The notes beneath the pieces were generated by a model that saw only the letters and a list, made by a program, of their open reading frames with translations, did not search any database and had not been told where the DNA came from. Made by a program: the position numbers and the translations under genes. Below, piece by piece: positions 23,961 through 36,108 of a DNA stretch of 64,000 nucleotides (position 1 is its first letter; every line of letters begins with the position of its first letter). The DNA comes from Vairimorpha necatrix. Lineage: Eukaryota. The stretch lies in the NCBI GenBank assembly GCA_036630325.1, contig CP142729.1, positions 62,001 through 126,000 on the forward strand. The letters are read 5' to 3'.

Positions 23961-26900
23961 AAAAAATTCTATAGTCAAAATATGTAGATCTCTATACATT
24001 ATTTAAATTTTTAATTTATTTATGATATAAAGATCTTATAATGTAATTTAACATTTCAAAAAAAAAAGTCTGTTTTATATTATTTATTTTTTTTATAACT
24101 GTGTTCTTCTTTGATTGTATAAAAGAGCATTTTATAAAATTTTGAATCTGATTTTTTTCATTATAAGTCGAATTCAAACTTTTCTAAAAACAGAATGTAT
24201 TACATTTATTGATTTTAAAGTTTAAAATATATATAATTTCCTATGCTTATATAATAATTTAAAAACTTAATTTATAAGACATGAAAATTGAACTATTTTA
24301 ACAGATAATGGTATAAAACCCAAACAACTTTATTTTAAATATCACAATGTTGCCAGTTCTTTAATAAAAATATATTCATTTTTTATTCGTCTTTTGCTAA
24401 TTAATAATTTAAGGCAGTATTGTCAGCAACTGATCATTGTAGTGGGTCTTCAGAAACAAATTATACTGTTTTATTTAAATAAAGTGCATCTTGTAGTTAA
24501 TTGCTAATATACGATAATTCGTATCTATATTTAAATACTATCACTTGTTAAATTGCCTTGTTCTAATTTTATTCCAAAATCAAAATTAATCCTGAAATAA
24601 AAAAAAAATTACAACAGATTTCTTTTGGATAAATTTCTTAAATTAAGTTTATCGCTTATATTTTTTATATATAATGATATTTTTGCTTTAATTTTAATGT
24701 CATCAAGCAATAAAGTAAAAACGTTACCTGCTATTGGGCAAAAAATGACCAATCTTGTCCAAATATTCCAATCAACAAAATGCTTTCATTTATATTTGGC
24801 ACATTAAAATTAAAAGTTATAAACTTATTTTTTTTTTTTATAATGTAATAAAGCTTAAATAATTATATTGGATTTCGTTAAATCATGTTTTTATTATTTG
24901 CGTTAACGTTTTACATTTACATATAACAAGGTAGAACATAAGTTTTCTTAAGAAACTTAGCATTTTTATTATTAATATGCACTAAACCTTTTCAAATGTG
25001 TTTATCAGATTACTATTCGTTTTTTTAGAACTTTTCTGCCAACACATAATCCAATATTTACTCTTTTTTGTACATATCTAAACACTAAAGTTTTTTTGTT
25101 TGATTCTATGATTTTTATTTCTTTTATTAAATTTGTCAGATATATAATTTAGCTTTCAGCACATATAATTATATTTTTTGTTCCAGATAGTTTGATATTA
25201 CATTTAACTACAATTTCAACTTAAAAAAATCAGTAATGACGTTTTAAAAGTTATACGATACAATCTTCGTTAGCTTTTTACGAATATACTTTATTTTTAT
25301 GGATAATTTTTATATAGTCGATCGATTGATACTGTGACGTCACAAGGAGTTTGTAATTATAGCAAGCAAAGGCTTCAAATACACATAATATTTTTTTACA
25401 ATTTCAAAAATAACAATTATTATGTTGCCACTCTTCAATATATACTAAATTTATAAAAAACTTAAAAATAGCAAATTTAAAAAAAATATAGTATACGTAA
25501 AATTTTTTCTTTTTTTTATTTCATCAGTTTACGACATTTAATTATTTTTCTAAATAATATGAACAATTTTCAATCATTTATTGTGTACAACACAAGGTTA
25601 AATTCCTCGGTTTTGATATTTAGAACGAACTGATATCTATTGTAAACTTGCTTCTTATTAATTGTTATCATAAATCAACTAGATGTTTTATGTATCTTTT
25701 TAGTTATTACATAATATAGAATTTTTTAAAAACCAAATTTCAATAAAATTTTAAATATTACAAAAACTGAGTACAGAAATTCTTGAGTTTATAGTACGTA
25801 GAACATTATATTTGAACAAAATTCGATTTTTTTTATCTTTTGTGTTAAAAGCATAATATTGTGGCTGTAACTTAAGCTCAAACAGGGCCTAAATTATGTT
25901 TAAATATTTCTAAATATATTAAATAATATTTATTCCGTTTTATACAAATAGAAAATGAAGAAAGTAAGAAAATCAAATTGCAACAAATATATTTTAAAAT
26001 TGTTAATTTTCTTATATTATGTTGGTAAAAATTCTTCTTTTGTCTATAAAGATATACTTTATAGATATTATAATTTTAAATTCAAAACAATGAACTGGTG
26101 CTATTATATTAAGTGATATTTAAGGTTTTATAAATACTGAAAATTATTTTATGAATTTTTTGCATACATAGTTCTGCATATGTATTAATTCGAGAATATA
26201 ATAGCTTTAAAATTTCATGTATTGTGTACATACTAACATAATGGCGACATGTAAAATTTTTTGCTTCAATAAAATTATGTAAGTAAAGGCTTTTTTCATA
26301 TATACTTTGCAAAACTTAAACATAAAAATTTAATTTCATAGTTTCTATGACTAATTGGATGCATATTTAAGATTTTGATAACCCTCTCTTTTTTCAGTAA
26401 TCTATTTTTAAAGTTCAAATATTGATGAGAAAGTTGTGATGATAATATCAATTTCTACTAAAATCTCTTTTTAGCTTTATAATTTTTTGATAATAAACAT
26501 CATATTATCTATATAAAAATTAGTCAATTCAAATTGTAAAAAAGTATTGCGATTTTTGCGATAGAATATTTGGTAAATACATCTCAATAATAATAAATTC
26601 TTTAAAAAAACATTAGTCTACATTATATCAAATACGACTTTTAATCTTTTATAAAACGTGATAATAAAGTTTTGTCCTATTTTAATTACTATAAATAGAT
26701 ATGAAATATTAGGATTTATGTGTCTAGGAATATTATTATCCTAGAAATTGCATCTAAGTTCTATTTAATATATATTGTAAGTTTATATTTTGAATTTGAT
26801 ATATTAATGCAAAATTCAATTTGTATGAATTAAATTTAGACTTTAAAACGTAAAAGGTATTTTACATAAAATAATTTAGATTTAAAACATCTGATTTATA

Positions 26901-28089
26901 TTTTAAATATTAATCTGCTCTAATGCAATAATTACAAATTTAACTTACCATGTGCTGCTTTTTCTGCAAAATTTCATAGAAAAATCTTGATGTCTCATAG
27001 GACATTAAAAATGTAATGTTATAGCTAATTTACATTCTAAAAAATCTATTTTAAGTAAGATTAATAAAGCACGTAATACAAATTAATTATTTTACAATGC
27101 ACATATATTTAATGTCTAACTCCGCCGTGTTTACTAATTTTTAGATAAATAGTTTTTGTATAATCTTTTTATTTCGATTAAGTTTTTCAAGATCTTCTTT
27201 TTTAAAATATATCATACAATATTAGGTTTTTGTTCTTGTTCGGCTTAATAATTGCTCTGTGAAATTATCCTTTGTTTTTACTATGGGCCATATTCAAGAA
27301 GATTCATAAAAAAAATTTCTTTGACAACAATATGATTTGATATGTTTATGGTCAATAAATTTAGACTTTGCATTCTTACAAAACATAAATGCCTTTTATT
27401 GTGAACCTGATGCATATTATTTTATTTTAATTAAATGAATTCTAAATATGGGTGTAGATCAATATTTTCTTTGCTCGATGTCTAAAATCAAACGAAAAAT
27501 CAATGAGCATTTACATAAAATATAAAATTATTATACATATTGATTTCAGATTAATTCTTACGTAATTTAATATAATGCTGCATAATAAATATCACTATCA
27601 CAAGTAAATCTATAAATTTTATATTAAGCTATAAATCATTATCACTTAATGAATTAAAATACTATTTATAATTGTAGGAATTGCATATGAGGTTGTAATT
27701 ATACTTATTTTGTTGTTCAGAAATGCATTTTAATTGATATATAATTGAAAGCTTTTCACTTAAAACCTGAAAAGAGAAAAAAAAATATTTTCATTCTAAA
27801 AATTAAAGTTATATTTTTATATAATTTACCAAAAATTTATACAATTAATATATAATGATCATCAAATAACATCAGTAAAAAAATATCGAATATTCAATTT
27901 TAATTTTTGTCAAGATGTTCAAAGAATTTTCTTACATCTACCCATACATATAATGTTCTTAAAAAAAGTATAACAGATCTAATAAATTCTAAAACACAGA
28001 TTGTTTGTTCATATTGTAGTATGTATATTTATATAGTTTATTTTAGTATAATTTTTGACTTACTAATCACATTTACAAGTTAACTCACA

Positions 28090-28215
28090 ATTTCTTCTGG
28101 CAGTTTCCATGGTTCCTTCTAAAATCCTTATATTGGGCTCTTGAATGCCCCTTTGAATCAACCATGCTCATGTCTGATTGACATAGTATGACTTTTTTAA
28201 AGTCATTTAATTATT
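28090..28215 (-). mobile_element. Short 3' remnant of RLE non-LTR element (second subfamily)
   Basis: Clear nucleotide similarity to 42773-42890 (CTGGCAGTT..CATG, ATTGGGCTCT, CATGTCTG..TGACATAGT, CTTTTTAAAGTCATTT). Confidence 0.7.
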
Positions 28216-29835
28216 CTTGTTTAAATTAAAATGTAATATACCTAATTACTTTATATAGATAAAATTTAAATTAAAAAAAATGTCGTAATATGTTTTGGAT
28301 GATGTTATGCCGATTTTTATGCTTTATATACATTTAACAAAATTAACAATCACACTGTTCATAAAAGGCATTCACAAGTTTATGTATTCTAAAATACTTT
28401 TTGAATTGAATATTATGTTTATTCAATAATAATTTTTTGAGACTTTTCAAAATAAGCCATATCGAAATTAGAAAGGCAGAGACATAGAAAATCTTGCCAA
28501 AAAAGTTATAATCTATGTATATAATCAAAGAGAAATGATGTGAGTACAAATTTAGCAAAGTATTGAATTTTAAAACAATTAGTGGGGATTGTTGTATTTT
28601 CTAATGCAAATTTTGGTAGTTTTATATATTATAATAATATAGAGTAGTTTTGTTTTCAGCACTCAATAACTTTAAGTGAAAATTGTCTTTTCCTTTGTTT
28701 TAAGAAATTAAAAATACAAATATCTATCGGTAGGAAAATTAATCGAAAGATAGCTTGGTAACATGCTGAATATTTATTGTTAGTAATAATACTTCATGTA
28801 AGATATTATGTACTTTCTATCTCAAAAAAGTTTCGTTAAATTTATATATATATCCGTCATGTTGTAATATACCTTTCTCAATAAAATACTTCACATGTAA
28901 TCTACTATTTAGTGATGAAACTGATTAGATCATTGGGCCGTATTCTACTTCACATCAACAAAATTATAAAGACTAGAAAAACTATCATATCGTTTAAAAT
29001 TTTTTATAGTTTTTGAAGTAAAACAAGAATTGAATATTTAATTAAAATTGTGTTCTAAAAATATTTGATTTTTGATTTATTTTATTAAACTTTGCATTTT
29101 TTTAAAATAACTTAACACAATTTGTATATTTCTAAATATTAAACAGTCAATAAAAATCTATATTATTTGTTCTAAACAGAACCTTTAATAAACAAGAAAA
29201 AGCGATGCATAAATAGTAGTTTTTTTTATATGATTAAATTCCTCAAATGATTATTTTTACGGTTAACAAAATCATGTTTAAACCTTATGTATGATAATAA
29301 TTTTATATTTATTTGACCGAACAAGTTACTCAAAAAAAACTGTGATTTAATAATTAGATGTATATAGGTATTAGGAAAAAATTATATTATGCATATTAAA
29401 ATTTGTTGCAACCGAATTAGATAGCCTAAATTTGTTACTCAATCAAAATTTCTATAATATGCTAAAAGTATTTTTCATCAATTCACTTTTTCTATTTAAC
29501 GACAGCTTAATGAGATTAGAATTCTTAATTTTATCTTTTTGGTGTAAGTTCAATAAAAAATAATTTTAACCCTGTTTGATAATTCAGGTACATGACATCT
29601 GTCAAAAATCTCGTTATCAAATATGTTGCAAAAATTTTTAAAAAAATTATTACCTATAACAAAAATAAAAATTGATATAAAAATCATAATTTAATAAACT
29701 TCTGAGCATTACAGGAATGAAACAAATAATTTAAATAAAAAAGGTAGATTAATGTAATAAGAGAGTTCCACGAAATATTATATTTTTATTTATACAGTAA
29801 AGTCAAATATAGTTAATTTTTTAGATACGCTTTCA

Positions 29836-31129
29836 GGCGCTACTTAAAAATTCGCACCCCCCTAAAAAAAATTACATTGACAAATTAAATTTATATAAAA
29901 AAAATATTTTTAACCCTTAAAATTTTATTTAGAACAATATTTTTATGAAAATATGAATTTACAAAAGTTAAAATATTTAAAAAACAGTTATAACATATTG
30001 TTTAGTTTAAAAATTTAATTACTTTAACATAGAAAAAATATCAATTATTTTTACGAAGGCTAATTTGGTGTAAATGGTTTTGAATATTCTATATTTTCTT
30101 TTTTCCATTTAAACTCATCTAACCAACATTTAATTCTTATTTTATTTATTCCTCCACGCTTTCTATAATCATGCTTAAGATGCGACCACATATTTTCTAC
30201 ATAATTTGCATTTTGTCCTTCTTCATTACAAAATCCCAAAGAGTGATTTACCACACTATGGTGAGAACCAAATTCACTTATAGCACGTGGATAGGATGGA
30301 TAACCATCAGTTACTATATCCGTGCCTACTTTTACATATTTTTTTAATACTAGTAAAATCGTTTCCCATTTTCTATTGGGTATTAGTTCCACAAAAAACT
30401 CTCTACAATTTCCTTCCAATACACCTCCTATTATCCACTGAATTCCAGGTTCAGAATCCAATCGACTAGGCGGATTCGATACTATAATTCCATTACAAAT
30501 GGCTGTTTCGTCTATTTGTATCCTCTGACCAACTCCACCTATCGTTGTAACAACAGTAGAACACTTGGAAATTGTTTCCATTATTATTTCTTTTACAGAA
30601 ATATATGTTGGTTCAGAAGTTTCACACATGTTGATAGCCTGAAAATTAGTATATGACAAACACCAACAATAAATGCAACGAAGAATTTTTTTAAATTTAA
30701 TATCTAAAGATTCAAATTTAGAACCTTTATTCAATGAACATCTTCGTTTACAAATTTTTTTGCTACATTTGTACCCCTTTCCTTGAGAAAACAAAGATAT
30801 GTTTTGAATAAAATAATTCCTTTGCACTGATCATTAGTACAGGGAATACAAGGATATAACAAGTTGTTCTTCAATCCGTAGTCGATTGCCCTGTCATTAT
30901 CAGTGAAAATAGGATTGTATAGATTGAATTGAAGCATTTCGTCCATCATCCTGTTCATTATAAGGGATAGATAAAATAAAAAAATTTCACGTTCAAAAAT
31001 ACCATTACTTAAAAATTCGCACCCCCGGAAAAAAAATTCTTTAAAATTGGATTTTATCTCATTTTATACCAAATAATTTTTTTTCAGTGAACGTATTTTT
31101 TAGGGGGGTGCGAATTTTTAAGCAGCGCC
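29836..31129 (-). mobile_element. Complete Merlin DNA transposon with frameshifted transposase
   Basis: TIRs GGCGCT(A/G)CTTAAAAATTCGCACCCCCCTAAAAAA; 8-bp TSD CGCTTTCA at 29828-29835 and 31130-31137. Confidence 0.95.
30060..30958 (-). pseudogene. Merlin transposase split by frameshift
   Basis: ORF 30731..30958 (CCC-TTATA-ATG start, CTNDQC) joins ORF 30060..30827 (CSKKIC, IQIDETA, VTDGYPSY, VNHS, NYVENMWS). Confidence 0.85.
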
Positions 31130-31483
31130 CGCTTTCATATCATGAGTAATAAATAGTGTAAATTGTTAATAAGATGTAGTGTTTCAAATTGAGCTAGTTA
31201 ATGAACTGGGAATTTTTCTCAACAGAAAAATTTTCACCTTGTTTTTTTTCTTTTTGATTTCATAAAATCGAATAATTTTTGATAAGTTTCTATTTTTTTA
31301 ATTTAGTGTATAGAAAATTATATCTGAGTTATTCCGAGGTTGTATCTTAAACTACGAAAAAATAAGAACTTTAATTTACGATTTTATATAAATATGTATT
31401 TTAGTTTGCCCTACAATATTTAATTGTACATAAAATAAATTTTTAATAAGCTTCAATTAAAATTTAAAAATAATTATAGTCTT

Positions 31484-31623
31484 TGTAGGAAGTGCTACAC
31501 GTGTCAAATATATAGTGTACTTGTTTTGATATATTTGACACCGTGTTTCTTTAAATATTTTATAATAAACTAGCGTATGCTTTCCCGTTTTGAAAACGGG
31601 ATCTAAATGTTTTTATCCCAACA
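31484..31623 (+). repeat. 5' LTR of gypsy element 2 (140 bp)
   Basis: TG...CA; contains AATAAA, a GGG motif and the gag ATG at 31607. Confidence 0.96.
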
Positions 31624-34600
31624 ATTTGGCGACAACGTCAGGAACTTTCTCATTTTCAGAAATGAAGAGAAAGATGATCCACAGCAGTTCTTGGAGGACT
31701 TGCAGGATGTGGGGAGGCTGATGGAGTACAGTGAGAGTAAACTTGTACTCCTTTTCAGAATGTCGTTGAAGGATGAGGCGAGGGATTGGCTAATAGCGTA
31801 GCCAATTGGTCTTTCACTTGAAAGACTGAAAGCCTTGTTCCAAGAAAGATTTGTGGGTCCCATGGCGATGAAAGTGAGTATAGATAAACTTTCCGCCCTT
31901 CAATATTATGGTGGATCTCTCGCCAACTATCTAGATAAGATGGCGGGATTGGCGCGTAAAGGGAATGTTCCAGAAGGCATATTGATTGCCTTTGTACTTA
32001 AAGGAATTCCGGATTATTTAGCAAACGCGGTTTTAATAAACAAGAAGAACTCATTATCTTGGGAGTGCATATATAAGGCCTTAAGGAATGTTACCGCAAT
32101 GGATGAGGTACGTTATACAGAATTTTTGCATGGAGGTTATATGAATGTCAAAGCGACTAGCTTCAGGGATCACGATAAAAAGAATTTGACTACCGAGAGG
32201 ACCTTTAAAATGAAGTGTTTTATTTGCGGAAAGAAAGGCCATATTGTGTCAAAGTGTAAATTCAATAGCTTCCGTAGAGATAAAAGAGAAGCTAAGAAAG
32301 GTCAAGAGAAAGAAGAAGGAGAAATCAAGAAGACAGATTCAAAGGAATTTATTTACAATTACTCCGTTACCAAATTAAAGGATAATAGGACTACGCTAAA
32401 GAATGCGTCACTAAATGATTCAGAAGTCAATTTTAAAGTGCTCATCGATACAGGAGCCGATATAAATTTAATTAGGCCAGAGCTTTTGCCAAAGAAAACC
32501 GTTGTTAATCGTTCGAAACAACAGCTTAGGGCAGCCAATGGATCGAAAATAAAGATCATTGAGGAAACAGTAATCAATATTAAAATTGAAGTGATGATTT
32601 TTGAAGATAGATTCATTATTACTAGGGATATCACAATTCCCTGCATAATAGGACAAAGGTTACTTGATAAGTATAAGATAAATTTAAAATTTGGAAACAA
32701 CAAAATGGAAATCGAATCTGGATATTTGGCAAGGGGGAAAGCCATAGGGTATCATAAAATTATTACAAAGGATGATAACCCGATACTATCTCAGTTATAC
32801 AAGTTGGGTGGAGCAAAAGAGAATATTGCATCCCAAATAGTGAAAGAGTATCTAAAACTTGGAATAGTTAGACCCAGTGTAAGCGCATGGCGAAGTCCGA
32901 TAATTATAGTCCCAAAAAAGAATGGAGATCATAGGTTATGCGTGGATTATAGAAGATTAAATGATGCGACCATCAGAGACGCTTATCCAATGCCCCGCGT
33001 AGAAGAGTTTATCAATGCTTTAGAGGGCGCAACGTATTTTACTAAATTAGACGCTGAATCGGGCTATCACCAAATAGATATGGCGCCGTGTGATATTGAG
33101 AAGACAGCTTTTGCCTGTAGAGAAGGCTTATTTGAATTTACGAAAATGCCATTTGGACTTGTTAATGGCCCAGCTACATTTCAGCGGGTGATGAATAACA
33201 TATTAAGGGAATTTTTATTTAAGTTTGTTGTAGTATACATGGATGATATACTCATATATAGTAAAACTAGAGAAGATCATAAGAGAGATGTTCAAATGGT
33301 ATTAGAAAAGCTCAAGTCGGCAGGGCTTAATCTTAATAAGGATAAATGCGAATTTAATAAGACTGAATTAAAAATTTTAGGTCATGTAATATCAAAAGAG
33401 GGAATAGGTGTAGACGAAGAAAGAGTTAGGAGCATTCAACAGTTACCCATTCCTAAAAGTAAGAAGAAATTACAATCTTTGTTGGGACTGTATAATTATT
33501 GTGCTAAATTCATAAAAAACAGTCACAGGGTGGTTAGCCCACTATTTGACATAATCAGGCTCAAGGATGAGGAAGCAGATTGTTTTTGGAAAAATGTGGA
33601 AAAAATGCTAAATATCGTAAGGATATTGAAAAGGTAAAACAGGCCATGAAGAGAACGGCCTTGTTGACTATCCCAAATTTGAAGGATAAGTTCATTTTGA
33701 CTACAGATGCATCAAACGAGGGATGTGGTGCCACATTGGCACAAATAATTGGAGGAAAAGAAAAGATTGTTTCTTATTACAGCTCCTTACACTCGAAGAC
33801 AGAAAAGAATTACTCCGCGACGGAACAAGAACTATTGGCGGTTATAAAATCCATCCAACATTTCAGAGAATATTTATTATTGGGCAAGTTCACATTAAAA
33901 ACTGATCATCAAGCTCTGAAAATATTGTTCAAGTCTAGAAATGTTAAAGCCAGGTTGGCTAGATGGTCGTTGATTTTACAAGAATATGACTTTGATATTG
34001 AATATATAACAGGACCATCGAATCATACAGATCACCTAAGCAGAGAATTTAAAAGGGAAGAAGAAAAGGTTCATCAAATAAATTTAGTACAAAAGAAAAT
34101 TATTAAAAAAGAGAGAACATTGGCATTACTGAGGTTTTATCATGATTTATTAGGTCATGGATCAAAACAGAACATGAAGTATAATATCGGACAAAAATAC
34201 TCATGGAAGCATATGAATAGAGACATAGAAGACTATATTGAAAATTGTGAAGTTTGTCAAAAGGAAAAACCACAGAAAAAATTTAAGGATATTATACCGG
34301 TGGTGGCTAATAAAATAGGAGAGATCTGGGAATTGGACATGGTAGGCCCTCTGAAGGAGAGTGAGCAAGGATATAAGTATTTAGTGACGATGATTGACCA
34401 TTTCTCAAAAATTGCAGAAGTTGTGCCTGTTTATACAAAGGATATGAATACGGTTGTTCATTTGATTAATAAACATATAGTCAGGAAACATGGTGTACCG
34501 AAGGCCATTCTAACTTATAATGGCAAGGAGTTCAAAAATAAAATTTGTGATGAATATGCAAAGGTTAAGAACTTTATCTGGAAATATGGTTCCCCCTATA

Positions 34601-35109
34601 AACCTACGACCACGGGGCTTGTGGAGAGATTTAATAGAACAATAGGTTCTAAGTTAAGGAAAATTACGGAATTTGGGCAATTCGATTGGGCAAGATGCGT
34701 TCCTAAGTTGATCAAGGCCTATATGCAGTCTTACCATAGGGCTATAGGCTGCGCTCCAGTAGAACTTATCACAGGAATGACACTTAATAATATGGACCTT
34801 CAGGAAGGGATTAAGACCTCAAAAGAAAAGGAAGAGTATCGGGAACAGGCCATTAAAAATTTAGAAGCCTACAGACGTGAATATAACACGAGTGGGAAAG
34901 AGAATGCTGATAGTAAGGACACCATAAAGGTAGGAGATAGAGTCTGGTACTATTTAATTCTCCCTATAAGAGGAAAACTAGAACTTAAATGAGAAGAAAA
35001 AGGAGTAGTTGTAGAACAAAAATTTCATTCATTTAAAGTTTTATTGGACAGAGGGAAAATAGTTACGGCGAGTCGAAATCATGTTAAACTTTTAAAGGGG
35101 GGGGGGTAG
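31607..35109 (+). pseudogene. Disrupted gag-pol of gypsy element 2
   Basis: CFICGKKGHIVSKC, LIDTGAD, YMDD, TTDAS, ELDMVGP. In-frame TAG at 31799; frameshift in an A-run near 33600; integrase TYNG instead of TDNG; TGA at 34990, with the frame continuing to TAG at 35107-35109. Confidence 0.92.
31627..31643 (+). promoter_or_regulatory. Primer-binding site TGGCGACAACGTCAGGA (probably tRNA-Ser)
   Basis: 3 nt after the 5' LTR; reverse complement UCCUGACGUUGUCGCCA looks like a tRNA 3' end with a G discriminator. Confidence 0.8.
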
Positions 35110-35249
35110 TGTAGGAAGTGCTACACGTGTCAAATATATAGTGTACTTGTTTTGATATATTTAATACCGTGTTTCTTTAAATATTTTATAATAAACTAGC
35201 GTATGCTTTCCCGTTTTGAAAACGGGATCTAAATGTTTTTATCCCAACA
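35110..35249 (+). repeat. 3' LTR of gypsy element 2 (140 bp)
   Basis: Matches the 5' LTR except TTGACACC versus TTAATACC. Confidence 0.96.
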
Positions 35250-35637
35250 GTCTTAAATAAAAATTCTAACACTATGCTCATTTTTATATTAAAGATATAA
35301 ATTAAAAAAATAAGGATTAAACAGCTCTCAGACTGTTTATAAACAAAATTTTTAATTCAAGTATAAACATCACGATTTTTTGGTTAAATATAGCCGAATT
35401 AATGAAACATTTGAGCATAATAACATATAACAGTATTTTGCTTGTGATTTAATTTTAGAGATCAAATATCAAATATGTTCTATACAAATAATTTTATTTT
35501 ATAATATAAAAGTTGTTTATTTATTTTACTCATAGTCGGAATAAAAAAATATCTACAAGCGTCAACTTTAATACGTATTGACATATCTCAATAGACAAAT
35601 AATATTATTTTAAATATTTTTAGAAAAGGGAATAAAT

Positions 35638-36108
35638 TTATATAAGTTCTGTAATATTTTCTGTATAAAACGATCTATTAGTTACTATGTATTTAATTAA
35701 AAAGATTTTACTAAATTTTGTTTTTTCGTTTTTTTTTACTACCAAATTTTGCACATTTGACATTCGTCTTGCTTTACAATATATCGTGAAAAGTAGTATA
35801 GGACTTAAGTCATGCTTAGGGGCCTTTTTATGATATAAATATTCATTTACTGGTGATATTTTTTCACTTTGTCTTTTATTTTGAAACCATACAGTGATAG
35901 TCTTAAGATTTAAATTTAGCATAAAAGCTAAATCGATTTTTGTTTGATAGGAAGGATACATTGTTATGTTATACACCTCGCTTAAAGTAAATGTTTGTAT
36001 TTTGGATTTCTGTTTTCTTTTAGTATGAGAACTTTCAAATCCATTTTTTAATAAACATAATCCCAATGCAGCTTGAATTTTTAGTTCTTCTTCAAAAATA
36101 TTGTTCAT
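35638..36108 (-). CDS. Homeodomain transcription factor (microsporidian HD type), 156 aa
   Basis: KRKQKS...YPSYQTKIDLA..LNL..KTITVWFQNKRQ helix-3 signature; N-terminal AALGL motif; GGGG motif 2 nt before the ATG. Confidence 0.92.
   Translation of the reverse strand: MNNIFEEELKIQAALGLCLLKNGFESSHTKRKQKSKIQTFTLSEVYNITMYPSYQTKIDLAFMLNLNLKTITVWFQNKRQSEKISPVNEYLYHKKAPKHDLSPILLFTIYCKARRMSNVQNLVVKKNEKTKFSKIFLIKYIVTNRSFYTENITELI

Larger units (their letters stand above)
31484..35249 (+). mobile_element. Full-length but defective Ty3/gypsy LTR retrotransposon
   Basis: 140-bp LTRs (31484-31623, 35110-35249) differing at 2 positions; 5-bp TSD GTCTT at 31479-31483 and 35250-35254; PBS 31627-31643; G-run PPT 35094-35106. 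Confidence 0.97.

Noticed and set aside
33580..33637. Programmed frameshift between ORFs 31835..33637 and 33580..34992
   Set aside because: Falls between RT and RNase H rather than at gag-pol; restoring one A in the run gives a continuous frame.
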